Assembly: GCA_963734885.1 (NCBI GenBank)
Contig: CAVTIJ010000007.1
Location: 123,620-187,619 of the forward strand
DNA: 64,000 nucleotides
Reading direction: 5' to 3'
From: an uncultured Bacteroidales bacterium
GTDB lineage: Bacteria; Bacteroidota; Bacteroidia; Bacteroidales; VadinHA17
The position numbers and the translations under genes were made by a program. Positions 9,969 to 20,279 of this stretch are shown here, in pieces. A model generated the notes under the pieces. That model made no database searches, had not been told where the DNA came from, and was given only the letters and a program-made list of their open reading frames with translations. Numbering within the stretch: the first letter of the stretch is position 1; the number at the start of each line of letters is the position of its first letter.

Positions 9969-10346
9969 ATGCAACCAGTCAATAAACTTATGATGTTCTA
10001 CATGGCTGTCAGCGATATGCAGAAAGCCAAAGGATTTTACACCGATAAGCTTGGTTTGAAGGTCACCAGTGACTATAGACAGGCTGATGATAGATGGTGG
10101 GTATCACTCACTCTTCCTGAAGGCGGAGTAACTATTACTCTCAGCACATATTACGGAAATACAAAGCCCGGTACGATGAATCTTTACTTTGCGACTTCAG
10201 ACATAGACAGGGCTCACGATGAGCTCAGCAAAAAAGGTGTCAAAGTCAATGAGGTTAAAGATGACCTTTTTGGTCCGGGTTCAGGAGTAAAATGGTTTGA
10301 TTTTGAGGACCCTGATGGCAATCAGGTCAAGCTGGCGCAGGCGTAA
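9969..10346 (+). CDS. VOC/glyoxalase family protein
   Basis: 126 aa with a YTDKLGLKV...FEDPDGNQVKL pattern. The start is moved to MQPVNK. Confidence 0.7.
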   Translation: MQPVNKLMMFYMAVSDMQKAKGFYTDKLGLKVTSDYRQADDRWWVSLTLPEGGVTITLSTYYGNTKPGTMNLYFATSDIDRAHDELSKKGVKVNEVKDDLFGPGSGVKWFDFEDPDGNQVKLAQA

Positions 10347-10368
10347 TTTACAATCAGGAAGATTGGTT

Positions 10369-11028
10369 ATGATGAAATTTTTCAGGCGATTCCACGATTT
10401 GGAAATTGAAGGCGCAAAAGCAATTTATTACGATAAGATTTCACGTGAACATCGGATTGAGGAAATCAGGGAGGAGGCAAAAGAGGTAGCCAGACATGTC
10501 AAATTGGAGGATTCGGTGCTTGAGGTAGCTCCAGGACCGGGCTATCTGTCAATTGAACTCGCAAGGTTAGGTAAATATAAAATATCTGGCCTTGAACTAA
10601 GCAAAGACCTTGTGGAAATAGCCACGAAAAACGCTAAGGAGGCTGGTGTCGATATTGAATTCCTGCAAGGGAATGCATCAGGTATGCCTTTCACCGGGAA
10701 CACTTTTGATTTTATAATTTGCGTTCTGGCCTTTAAGAACTTCAGGGAACCGGTTAAATGCCTGAATGAATTTAACCGGGTGCTGAAACCGGGAGGTTCG
10801 TGTTTGATTATGGACCTGAACCGGAATGCATCAATAAAGGATATGAAAGCATTTGTAAAAAATTTTGGTTTGAGTGGACTAAATGCGTTCATTGCAGGTT
10901 TTTTACAAAGGAGTGGCGCTTACACCAGAAAAGAATTTGAAGTCTTCATCTCACAAACAGAATTTAAAGAATATTCTATACAAGAGACAGATATGGGGTT
11001 CTCAATATATCTGAAAAAACAGTTTTGA
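10369..11028 (+). CDS. class I SAM-dependent methyltransferase
   Basis: Motif I VLEVAPGPG and post-I/II motifs (FDFIICVLAF, LKPGG). The start is chosen at MMKFF, after the upstream stop. Confidence 0.8.
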   Translation: MMKFFRRFHDLEIEGAKAIYYDKISREHRIEEIREEAKEVARHVKLEDSVLEVAPGPGYLSIELARLGKYKISGLELSKDLVEIATKNAKEAGVDIEFLQGNASGMPFTGNTFDFIICVLAFKNFREPVKCLNEFNRVLKPGGSCLIMDLNRNASIKDMKAFVKNFGLSGLNAFIAGFLQRSGAYTRKEFEVFISQTEFKEYSIQETDMGFSIYLKKQF

Positions 11029-11077
11029 CATCTTTTTCATGAGCATAAATTTTATAACGAACGAACTTATTATATAA

Positions 11078-11197
11078 GCACACAAAGAATGCACAAAGGG
11101 CACAAAGTAGGGACGCAGCATTCTGCCTCCCAACAATAATATAGACCTTTGTGTACTTTGTGTTTTACCTTTGCGACCTTTGTGGTTAATGGATTTT
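11078..11197. repeat. CACAAAG/CTTTGTG palindromic intergenic element, copy 1
   Basis: Left arm has CACAAAG x3. A central hairpin lies at 11110-11131. Right arm has CTTTGTG/CTTTGCG x4, ending CTTTGTGGTTAATGGATTTT. Lies between convergent genes. Confidence 0.85.
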
Positions 11198-11206
11198 GAC
11201 TTTTAT

Positions 11207-13258
11207 TTACCAGATTACCGGCCTTTGTTCGGGCGCTCTGAAGAGTTTATCTCCGGGTTTAATTGTAGAGAATGCCGCATAAAATTCGGGCATGTTATAC
11301 ACAACACCATTTATCCTGACTTTAGCAGGCGAATGCTCGTCGGTTTTTACTCTTTTTCGTAACTCCGCATCTCGCATATTGGTTCTCCATATCTGCGCGT
11401 ATGAAAGAAAGAAACGCTGGGTATCAGTAAAACCGTCAATTGGTTTCGGCGTCTCTTTGCCTGCAAGAGACAATTTATATGCATTAAATGCAACTGTGGC
11501 ACCTCCCAGATCAGCAATATTTTCACCAAGGGTCAGCTTTCCATTCACAAAAGCGGAATCAAGAACTTCATAATGATTATACTGATCAATAAGAATTGCA
11601 GCCCGGTCTTCGAAAGCTTTTGAATCGTCCTTTGTCCACCAGTCACGTAGATTTCCGTCTTTATCGAATTGCCTGCCCTGATTGTCAAAGCCGTGGGTCA
11701 TTTCATGCCCGATGACCATTCCGATTGCGCCATAATTTACTGCATCATCAGCATCAAGATTGAAAAACGGAGGCTGTAATATACCGGCAGGAAATACAAT
11801 TTCGTTTTTATTTGGATAATAGCCTGCATTGACAGTTTGTGGTGTCATCCCCCACTCTTCACGGTCTACAGGCTTCCCTACTTTATTCATTTGATATCTG
11901 AATTCGAATGCCTGTGAGTTAAGCACATTCATGACATAGGAATCCGATGTAATCTCAAGACCTGAATAATCTCTCCATTTATTCGGGTATCCAACTTTTA
12001 CCCCCATTTTATCGAGTTTTGCCAGCGCTTCCTGTTTGGTCTGCGGACTCATCCATGCAAGATTCTCAATCCTCTGCTTCAGTGATGTTTTAAGGTTCAT
12101 CACCAGGGCTGTCATTCTTTCCTTCGCAACAGGCGGGAAGAACTTTTCTACATAAAGTTGACCTATCGCCTCCCCAAGAGAACCGCTGGTAGCATCAAGC
12201 ACCAGTTTCCACCTTGGCTCCATCTTCTCCTGTCCCGATAAAGTCTTATAATAAAAGTCAAAATTCTGATTTTCAAAATCTTTCGACAGGTAGCTTGCTG
12301 TGCTGTTTATAAGTTGCCATCTCAGGAAAGTTTTCCAGTCATCGACAGAAACAGACTTCATCATGTTTCCAAGCTCTTTAAAAAATCCGGGCTGATATAT
12401 ATTTATTTCCTTAAGATCAGGATAGCCGGCCTGTGTGAAGTATGCAACCCATTTGATATTTGGTGAAAGCTTATTCAGACCTGCTACTTCAAATTTGTTA
12501 TATGTCTTCTGAGGATCCTGGTTCTCAACATTGGAGAAAGATGCTCTGGCCAGCTGCGTTTCCATGTTCATGACTTTCTTTGCATTTTTTTCTGCAACAA
12601 CCGGTTCATCCTTCATCAGTTCAAACATTTTCGTCAGATGGATGAGGTATTTTTCCCTTATCTTTTTTGTTGATTCGTCGTTATTGAAATAATAATCCCG
12701 TTCCGGAAGTCCAAGCCCGGCCTGGTAACACTGTGCTATAACATTGTTGCTGTTCTTCGAATCCTGATTTGAAAAAAGATAGAAGAATGGGCTCATTGAA
12801 TAGCTCTGGAAAAATGCTGCTGTCATCTGAACATCATCAATAGTCTTGATAGCTTCAATCTTATCAAAAAATATTTTCAAAGGTTTAATACCCTGTTCTG
12901 CAATCTTAGCTGTATCCATTCCCGATTTATAGAATATACCGATCTTCTGCTTATTGCTGCCGGGAACCGAATCTCCTGAGGCAGCGGCATCAATTATTAT
13001 TTCCTTTATATTTTCTCTGTTCCTTTCAACAAGTTCGTCGAAAGCATCTTTGGAGTTTTTATCTGCAGGAATAGGATTATTCTTAAGCCATGAACCATTG
13101 ACATAAGCAAAGAAATCATCACCTGGCTTTATTGTAGTGTCCATGTTCTGAATATCGAAAGCCGGATATTTTTTCACTGGTTCAGCAGTTTTTTTTACAT
13201 TGCCCGTGCAACCCTGCAACAGTGCAATAGCAAGAATTCCGATTAAAAAATTTTTCAT
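11207..13258 (-). CDS. M13 family metallopeptidase (neprilysin/PepO-like), lipoprotein
   Basis: HEMTHGFD zinc motif, GENIADLGG, C-terminal CxxW-like RPVIW, and lipobox LLQGC. Confidence 0.9.
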   Translation of the reverse strand: MKNFLIGILAIALLQGCTGNVKKTAEPVKKYPAFDIQNMDTTIKPGDDFFAYVNGSWLKNNPIPADKNSKDAFDELVERNRENIKEIIIDAAASGDSVPGSNKQKIGIFYKSGMDTAKIAEQGIKPLKIFFDKIEAIKTIDDVQMTAAFFQSYSMSPFFYLFSNQDSKNSNNVIAQCYQAGLGLPERDYYFNNDESTKKIREKYLIHLTKMFELMKDEPVVAEKNAKKVMNMETQLARASFSNVENQDPQKTYNKFEVAGLNKLSPNIKWVAYFTQAGYPDLKEINIYQPGFFKELGNMMKSVSVDDWKTFLRWQLINSTASYLSKDFENQNFDFYYKTLSGQEKMEPRWKLVLDATSGSLGEAIGQLYVEKFFPPVAKERMTALVMNLKTSLKQRIENLAWMSPQTKQEALAKLDKMGVKVGYPNKWRDYSGLEITSDSYVMNVLNSQAFEFRYQMNKVGKPVDREEWGMTPQTVNAGYYPNKNEIVFPAGILQPPFFNLDADDAVNYGAIGMVIGHEMTHGFDNQGRQFDKDGNLRDWWTKDDSKAFEDRAAILIDQYNHYEVLDSAFVNGKLTLGENIADLGGATVAFNAYKLSLAGKETPKPIDGFTDTQRFFLSYAQIWRTNMRDAELRKRVKTDEHSPAKVRINGVVYNMPEFYAAFSTIKPGDKLFRAPEQRPVIW

Positions 13259-13343
13259 CGCTCATTTTAATTTTAATATTAGGATGCAAAAGTAATGTAA
13301 TATTCCGGATCAATTAATTGAATTTACAAATTGACAACCCTGG

Positions 13344-15782
13344 TTATCCCATTACAACTTTCACTTTATGCTCAGTCCCGGCTTTAAATACCGGAATAAG
13401 ATTTGATCCGTTTTTTTGACCATCAACCAGAACTTCCTTTACGCCTTTGGATTTTCCTCCCTGATTGATAACCTCAATATTATAGGTTGCCCCCCTGAAC
13501 TTCCTTACCGCTGTAAATCCTTTCCAGTCAGATGGAATACACGGATCAATTATTAATCCATCGTATTCAGGACGTATACCAAGCATAAATTGTGTTACAG
13601 CATAAAAATTCCATGATGCCGTTCCTGTTAGCCATGAATTCTTTGCCTCACCAGGTTTAAATGCCTCCTTCCCTGCCACCATCTGAGCATAAACATATGG
13701 TTCAGTCTTATGCAGATCACTTATTTCCTCGAGATAGGAAGGGCATATTTTTTTGTAATATTCCCATGCACGATTCCCGTTACCAACAACCGTTTCCCCA
13801 ATCATTATCCAGGGATTATTATGACAGAATACGCCTGCATTTTCTTTGTACCCTGCCGGATATGAAGATATCTCACCGTATTCAATATAATACTTTGTGA
13901 ACGCCGGGTTATTAAGCACTATGCCATATTTGCTGTCGAGCCTCTCCTTTACTGCATCAAGAGCTTTTGTGCAAAGACCCTCCTCTTTGCCGATCCCTGC
14001 CATGGTGCACCATCCCTGCGATTCAATAAAGATCTTGGATTCTTCATTTTCATTGCTCCCAATCTTCCGTCCATAATAATCATAGGCCCGGATAAACCAT
14101 TCGCCATCCCATCCATGTTTTTTTATTGCATCAACCATGGTATCAACAAGCTTCTGGGCACGGGCTGCCTCGACATTCTTCCCAAGTCTTTTGCACAGTT
14201 CAACATAATCGCGTCCATAAACAACAAAAAGCCCTGCGATCATCACAGATTCAGCTTTTGAACCTTCTGTTTTGTTTTCAGTTGTCTGGAAAGACTCATT
14301 TGGATCATTTGAGAAACAATTCAGGTTCAGACAATCATTCCAGTCAGCCCGGCCAATAAGAGGCAAGCCATGCGGACCCAAATTATTTATAACGTGATCG
14401 AACGAAACGGTAAGATGGTCGAAAAGACTTTTAGAACTTGAAATATCATTATCAAACGGAACCATTTCATCGAGTATTCCGAAGTCACCCGATTCCTTAA
14501 TATAGCTTGTTGTTCCGAGAATTAACCACAGAGGATCATCATTAAATCCTCCGCCAATATCATTGTTCCCTCTCTTATTCAGAGGCTGATACTGGTGATA
14601 GCAGCCTCCGTCAGGAAATTGGGTGGAAGCTATGTCAATAATGCGTTCACGGGCACGTTCAGGTATCTGATGAACAAAACCTGTAAGGTCCTGGTTGGAA
14701 TCGCGGAACCCCATTCCTCTTCCGATACCCGATTCAAAGAATGAAGCTGAACGCGAAAAACAAAAAGTGATCATGCACTGATACTGGTTCCAGATATTCA
14801 CCATCCGATCGACTTTATCATCCCCGGTGGCAACAGTATAAATGCTTAGAAGATTATCCCAGTATTTGTGGAGATCAGCAAGGGCGGCATCAACTTTCGC
14901 GGTAGTGTTGAACCTTGCAATGGTCTCTTTTGCCTTCTTCTTGTTAATTATATTCTTTGATTCCCATTTTTCGTCTTCTTTATTCTCAACATATCCAAGG
15001 ACAAAAATGAAGTCTTTTGATTCACCGGGCTTCAACTCTACTTCAATGTAGTGTGATGCAACAGGTGACCAGCCATGAGCTTCAGTGTTCTTTGGTTTGC
15101 CTTCCAAAACAACCTGAGGTTCGTCAAATCCATTATATAGTCCAAAGAAAGATTCACGGTCAGTGTCATATCCCTGAATCGGAACATTGACAGAATAATA
15201 GGCATAATGATCGCGTCTTTCCTTGTACTCTGTTTTATGATAGATAACTGATCCTTCAATTTCCACTTCACCTGTCGAAAAATTCCTCTGGAAATTTTCC
15301 ATATCGGCGGCAGCATTCCACAAACACCATTCAGTGAATGAAAATACCTTTATTTTTTTTGTTTTTTTGGAGCCATTCGTGAGTGTAAGCTTTTGAACTT
15401 CAGCCCATGTTTTCAGGGGAACAAAATATAGTACATTAGCCGTTATACCGTTCTTTTCTCCCTTAATATTTGTGTAATTCATGCCATGACGGCACTCGTA
15501 GCTATCGAGTTCGGTTTTACAGGGTTTCCAGCCCGGCGACCAGATATTCTCGCCATCATTTATATAGAAATACTTCCCGCCACTGTCCATGGGAACGTTA
15601 TTATACCTGTATCGGGTAATCCGGCGGAACTTGGCGTCCTTATAGAAAGTATAACCACCGGCTGAATTTGAAATGAGTGAGAAAAAATCCTCATTGCCAA
15701 GATAATTTATCCATGGCCATGGGGTTCGCGGATTAGTGATTACATACTCGCGGTTCTTGTCATCAAAATGCCCGTATTTCAT
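13344..15782 (-). CDS. GH94 cellobiose (or related beta-glucoside) phosphorylase
   Basis: 812 aa. N-terminus [29 protein letters not shown]...[14 protein letters not shown] closely recalls the cellobiose phosphorylase N-terminus. Confidence 0.85.
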   Translation of the reverse strand: MKYGHFDDKNREYVITNPRTPWPWINYLGNEDFFSLISNSAGGYTFYKDAKFRRITRYRYNNVPMDSGGKYFYINDGENIWSPGWKPCKTELDSYECRHGMNYTNIKGEKNGITANVLYFVPLKTWAEVQKLTLTNGSKKTKKIKVFSFTEWCLWNAAADMENFQRNFSTGEVEIEGSVIYHKTEYKERRDHYAYYSVNVPIQGYDTDRESFFGLYNGFDEPQVVLEGKPKNTEAHGWSPVASHYIEVELKPGESKDFIFVLGYVENKEDEKWESKNIINKKKAKETIARFNTTAKVDAALADLHKYWDNLLSIYTVATGDDKVDRMVNIWNQYQCMITFCFSRSASFFESGIGRGMGFRDSNQDLTGFVHQIPERARERIIDIASTQFPDGGCYHQYQPLNKRGNNDIGGGFNDDPLWLILGTTSYIKESGDFGILDEMVPFDNDISSSKSLFDHLTVSFDHVINNLGPHGLPLIGRADWNDCLNLNCFSNDPNESFQTTENKTEGSKAESVMIAGLFVVYGRDYVELCKRLGKNVEAARAQKLVDTMVDAIKKHGWDGEWFIRAYDYYGRKIGSNENEESKIFIESQGWCTMAGIGKEEGLCTKALDAVKERLDSKYGIVLNNPAFTKYYIEYGEISSYPAGYKENAGVFCHNNPWIMIGETVVGNGNRAWEYYKKICPSYLEEISDLHKTEPYVYAQMVAGKEAFKPGEAKNSWLTGTASWNFYAVTQFMLGIRPEYDGLIIDPCIPSDWKGFTAVRKFRGATYNIEVINQGGKSKGVKEVLVDGQKNGSNLIPVFKAGTEHKVKVVMG

Positions 15783-15827
15783 AATGATTTCTTGTTTATT
15801 AATTTTTAGAGGAAGTATCTAATGCAA

Positions 15828-15941
15828 TTTTAACCACAAAGCACACAAAGAAGGCACAAAGGACACAAAGGCAAAACTTCTTAGAACTCACTTTGTGTTC
15901 TTTGCGTATTTACTTTGTGATCTTTGTGGTTGATGGATTTC
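15828..15941. repeat. CACAAAG/CTTTGTG palindromic intergenic element, copy 2
   Basis: TTTTAACCACAAAGCACACAAAGAAGGCACAAAGGACACAAAG, then a loop, then CTTTGTG x4 + GTTGATGGATTTC. The tail contains the TGA stop (15940-15942, minus strand) of the transporter gene. Confidence 0.9.
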
Positions 15942-17548
15942 ATTGTTTTGCAAGTTCGTTTTGCCTTCTGTTATTTAATTCAATTGTGATCTCATTCATT
16001 TTCTTTTGATTCAATGGATAGAGAGTCATAATTCCGGCGGCAATGAAAGTGATAATTGCAGGTATCCAGCTCATAAGCATTATTATGCCGGGTATAGCTC
16101 CTGCGATAGCCACTTCATCCTGTCCGTTATAATGGAACGACGCAAGAACAAAACCAATAATTGCTCCCGCAATTCCCCCTCCGAATTTTGTTGCAAAAGA
16201 GCCTGCAGAATAAACCAATCCGGTTGCTCTCCTGCCATTTTTAAATTCGGAATAGTCAGCAGCATCGCCAAGCATTGCAAAAAACAGTGTCGGGAATATA
16301 GCTGCACCAAACTCCGATATCAGGCCAATAGTGAAAATTGGTACAATATTTCCGGGACCACAAAAAACAAGCATCGCATTTACCGTACCTGAGAAAATGA
16401 GAGCATATATGAACAGATTACGTTTCCCGAAGCGCTTGCCTAGCGGAGAGGTTATCATCGCTCCCGCTATTGAAGCAAGCATCAATCCAACCATAAAAGA
16501 TGCTGCCAGCAGCTGGTTATGCAGATAATGCGAGAAATAGATCACTACGATTCCCTGTTTTATGGAATTGTAAACATTGAAAAGCATTCCGATTACCAGA
16601 AGTACGATCCAGGGTCTGTTTCTGATAAGATCTTTCAGATCTTTACCCAGATTTGTTTGCTGTTCTTTTGGAGGCTGGACGCGTTCTTTAGTTGCCGTAA
16701 ACGTAAGGATCATCAAAAGGGATAAGAAAAATGACAGAAGATAAATTGCGTTGCTATAGCCTTTTTTCTGGTCGATGATTGTCAGCTTTTTTGCCACCAG
16801 GTTTTCTTCTCCCGATACCATAAATGTGTATTCCTTTTTCGCTTCCATAGAAAAAGCTTTTTCCCTTTGTAGGAATATTCACACTATCGGCTACTCCCGG
16901 GTTAACCCAGGTAAACATCGCGATCCCGTCCTTGGTCTTGATGTTCACATTTTTGACATCCTTCAATGTCGATACCGTAACATTATACTTATTCGAGTCA
17001 ATCTTAGCGACAGCAATTGAAGGATTTATATTACCAAAATTGGCTACTAAGAACAGCAAAGCTCCCTGAACCAGCATCCCGCCGGTAAAGGCGCCAACCA
17101 TACGATAGGAGCCCAGACTGGTGCGTTCCTTATCGTCGCCTGTCATTACAGCCATCAATGCCCCGTAAGGGATATTATTTGCTGTATAAAGAATAAAAAA
17201 TATCAGGTAAGTAGCATAGGCATATATTATTTTCCCTGTCGGACCAAGATTGGGTGTAGTAAACAACATCGATAATGTAACACCCAGAGGGATCGCCGTC
17301 CATAAGATCCAGGGACGAAATCTTCCGTACTTCGAATTTGTTCTGTCGCAGATTATGCCCATTGCCACATCGATTACTCCGTCACTTAACCGGGCAATTA
17401 ACATCAGCAATCCCACTGCTGCGGGATTGATTCCAAAAACATCGGTATAAAAAATAAACAGAAATGTGGCCACACCACGCCATGCAATATTAGCGGCGCC
17501 ATCGCCGAGTGCATAACCAATTTTTTCCTTAAGGGATAGTTTTTCCAC
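15940..17548 (-). pseudogene. GPH-family (glycoside-pentoside-hexuronide:cation) MFS symporter, frameshifted, with ~90-aa insert between TM5 and TM6
   Basis: ORFs 16754..17548 and 15940..16848 form one GPH-like protein (GYALGDGAAN, DRTNSKYGRFRPW). The frame changes within A5/T5 runs at 16849-16870. Confidence 0.7.
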
Positions 17549-17591
17549 GATTTCAGGTTTTAGTAAGAGAAATAAACGATTGATTTAGTTT

Positions 17592-18851
17592 TTATACGTG
17601 AACGACATTCTTAATTTTAAATCCTTTTAATCCAAAATAAACGATAAATCCAAAACAACACAAGGGTACAATAAATCCAAGGGCCATATTTGAGACATCC
17701 GCTATCCAGCCCATAAACATAGGGATGATCGCTCCTCCGACTATAGACATCACAAGTATGGATGAACCCTTTTTAGTCAAAGGTCCCAGACCTTTTATTC
17801 CCAGTGCAAAGATAGTCGGGAACATTACCGACATGAAGAAATATGTTGAGAAAAGCGCTACAACCGAAATCCATCCCAGTCCGGCAACCACGAGAGCCAT
17901 CGTAAGAACATTCATGAAAGCATAGAATGCCAGAAGCCTGTTCGGGCGTACTATCCTCATAAAAATTGTGCTTCCGGTAAATCTTCCCAGCCAGAATAAT
18001 CCCATTCCTCCGAATCCAAGGATCTGTGCTGCATGCTGGTTTGTCATTGAAGGGATTTCCTCTGTTACATAATTTATAAAAAAGCTATTGACCCCAGTCT
18101 GGGCAGCTACGTAAAGGAATTGGGCTATGACAGCCAGCACAAAATGCGGGTGCCTGAGAAGATCTTTTAGTTTTCCTGAAGATTCTTCTGCAATAAAATC
18201 TGCTTCCTCTTTTATTTCAGGAAATTTGACCCGCCAGAAAAGAAATGCCACTATCAGAACGAGTGAACCAATAAGAAGATATGGAAGGGCGATAGAAGCA
18301 AATTTATTTGTGTTTTCACTAACAGAAAATATCAGCATACCGCCAACCAGAGGTCCGGCTATCCAGCCCAAACCATTAAATGACTGGGAGAAATTGATCC
18401 GACGTGCTCCGCTTTCTGAAGGACCCAGCACTGTTGTATAAGGATTTGCTGCAGTTTCGAGACATGTTAAACCGCAAGCGATAACAAACAGACAAAAAAG
18501 GAAGCTTCCGAAAGTCTGAATTAGAGTTGCGGGAAGCATTAAAAATGCACCCCCTGCAAATAGCAGCAAGCCAAAAATTATGCCTTTTTTATATCCAAAT
18601 TTCTGCATCAGTAATCCGGCAGGTATCGCCATCAGAAAATAACCGCCATAAAAAACAAACTGAACAAAAGCTGATTTTGCCTTCGACATATGAAGCAATT
18701 CCTGGAAATGTTTATTCAGCACGTCAAGGCATCCATGGGCAAATCCCCACAGGAAGAAAAGACTCGTTACGAGAATAAACGGGACAAGAAATCCCTGGAA
18801 AACGAATTTTTTCTGTTCACTTTTGGATTGAAGATCGGTTACCATTTTCAA
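17592..18851 (-). CDS. sugar MFS transporter (FucP/GluP glucose-galactose-fucose permease family)
   Basis: 419 aa, 12 TM. FFLWGFAHGCLDVLNKHFQ is typical of the FucP/GluP family. Confidence 0.8.
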   Translation of the reverse strand: MKMVTDLQSKSEQKKFVFQGFLVPFILVTSLFFLWGFAHGCLDVLNKHFQELLHMSKAKSAFVQFVFYGGYFLMAIPAGLLMQKFGYKKGIIFGLLLFAGGAFLMLPATLIQTFGSFLFCLFVIACGLTCLETAANPYTTVLGPSESGARRINFSQSFNGLGWIAGPLVGGMLIFSVSENTNKFASIALPYLLIGSLVLIVAFLFWRVKFPEIKEEADFIAEESSGKLKDLLRHPHFVLAVIAQFLYVAAQTGVNSFFINYVTEEIPSMTNQHAAQILGFGGMGLFWLGRFTGSTIFMRIVRPNRLLAFYAFMNVLTMALVVAGLGWISVVALFSTYFFMSVMFPTIFALGIKGLGPLTKKGSSILVMSIVGGAIIPMFMGWIADVSNMALGFIVPLCCFGFIVYFGLKGFKIKNVVHV

Positions 18852-18971
18852 TATTGTTTTGGATATACAATATTGTCAGGATTTACGACTTTACCAAAAA
18901 ATTGATTGATTATAAAAAAATGAACTAATGTAGTTACCCCTGGCCTGTGCGGTCAATCTGTTGAAAAAATC

Positions 18972-19086
18972 GAAATCCATTAACCGCGAAGGTCGCAAAG
19001 AAAATTTCGCAAAGGTCGCAAAGAACTGAATAATAACGTTTTGACTTTGCATACTTTGCAACTACTTTGCGTGCTTTCGGTTAAAA
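18972..19086. repeat. palindromic intergenic element, copy 3 (inverted orientation, CGCAAAG/CTTTGCG variant)
   Basis: GAAATCCATTAACCGCGAAGG, CGCAAAG x3, then CTTTGCA x2, CTTTGCG and CTTTCGGTTAAAA. Confidence 0.85.
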
Positions 19087-19184
19087 ATGATTCTTTCAAA
19101 ACACCTAATTGGGTATCCTTGATGAAATTAATGGTAAACTGAGAATTTATCCCCTTTAGGAGGGCAGGGGGCCGATCAGGGTTT

Positions 19185-19964
19185 TTACAGCTTGTGGATA
19201 TTGAGTCCGCCGCTGATCTCGAAGATCATACCTGTTGAGAAGTTCCAATCGCCTCTTGATATTGAAGCTACGGCTTTACCAATATCATCCGGTAAACCCC
19301 ATCTTTTCTGAGGAACGAGACCTTCATTTATCAGCTTGTCGTATTTATCCTTGATCCTTGTTGTCATATCTGTTTCAATGACACCCGGACGGACTTCAAA
19401 AACCAGAATTCCTTCCTTTGAAAGTCTGTCAGCAAAAACAAGAGAAGCCATACTGAGACCGGCTTTTGAAACACAATATTCTGCGCGGTTAACAGAAGAA
19501 CGGCTTGCGGACACTGAAGTAATAAAAACAATAACCGGCTTATAATCATCCATTTGTTGTTTAAGCCAGATCATTTCTTTGGCAACTTTCTGTGCAAAGA
19601 AAACCGGTCCCTTGAGATTTATATTCATAACCCTGTCGTAGCTTTCCTCCGACATATCAAGGACTTCATCACGCTGAAGGGGTGCAACGCCCGCATTATT
19701 AATCAGGACATCAATCCTTCCATATCTCTCAAGAATATTTGCAACAACTTCTTTCTGACAGTTGGTACAGGATATATCCAAGCCTATCGGAAAGAACTGG
19801 GCTCCTCTTTTTTCAACCTCGCAGCAAAGATTTCCCATTCCCTCGCTGTCAACGGAGCGGGCAATTGCTGCAATATCGTATCCTTCGGATGCCAATGCTA
19901 TTGCAACGGACCTGCCTATCCCTCTGCTGGCGCCAGTAATGACAGCTACGGGTTTGTTGTTCAT
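19185..19964 (-). CDS. SDR family oxidoreductase
   Basis: TGASRGIG cofactor motif, NNAG, and YCVSK catalytic motif. Confidence 0.85.
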   Translation of the reverse strand: MNNKPVAVITGASRGIGRSVAIALASEGYDIAAIARSVDSEGMGNLCCEVEKRGAQFFPIGLDISCTNCQKEVVANILERYGRIDVLINNAGVAPLQRDEVLDMSEESYDRVMNINLKGPVFFAQKVAKEMIWLKQQMDDYKPVIVFITSVSASRSSVNRAEYCVSKAGLSMASLVFADRLSKEGILVFEVRPGVIETDMTTRIKDKYDKLINEGLVPQKRWGLPDDIGKAVASISRGDWNFSTGMIFEISGGLNIHKL

Positions 19965-20138
19965 AAGTTAAGATTCAATCAGGTTTTCACAGTAAATTCG
20001 GTTTAAAGGTAATGATTTGCACGAATTAGTCAACATTCGCTTTAAATATCTTTAATATAAATTCGTTTCTTAATCATCCTCAGAGCCTGTCTGAGAATCC
20101 GGACATATTCCGGATCAAATAAATTGATTGGAAAATGC

Positions 20139-20168
20139 GATCAAAGCTAAAATGTTTTGCTTTGATTC
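20139..20168 (-). terminator. possible intrinsic terminator downstream of GT2 gene
   Basis: 8-bp stem ATCAAAGC/GCTTTGAT, followed on the minus strand by GCATTTTCC. Confidence 0.35.
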
Positions 20169-20279
20169 AACAATTTTTCAGGGAAATTTACTGACAGGGG
20201 ACTTATCCATGATAATCTTAGAAAAGAGCCGAAATAGTAATATATCAAATTAAAATAAATTAATGTCCGCGAGAACAAT

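Noticed and set aside
11171-11362. ORFs beginning MRPLWLMDF... (11171..11362) and MRPLWLNEF... (58043 start), which share an N-terminal peptide
   Set aside because: The shared peptide is just the translation of the repeat tail TTGCGACCTTTGTGGTTAATGGATTT. The first ORF is antisense to the M13 peptidase. The real start of the second gene is ATG 58124, ahead of its Rossmann motif.
13661-20006. Numerous 60-150-aa ORFs antisense to, or out of frame within, large genes (for example 13661..13900, 14126..14359, 16006..16392, 18127..18441, 19554..20006, and also 59297..59941)
   Set aside because: They lie fully inside well-supported CDSs on the opposite strand or in another frame, and show no motifs and compositional bias typical of shadow ORFs.
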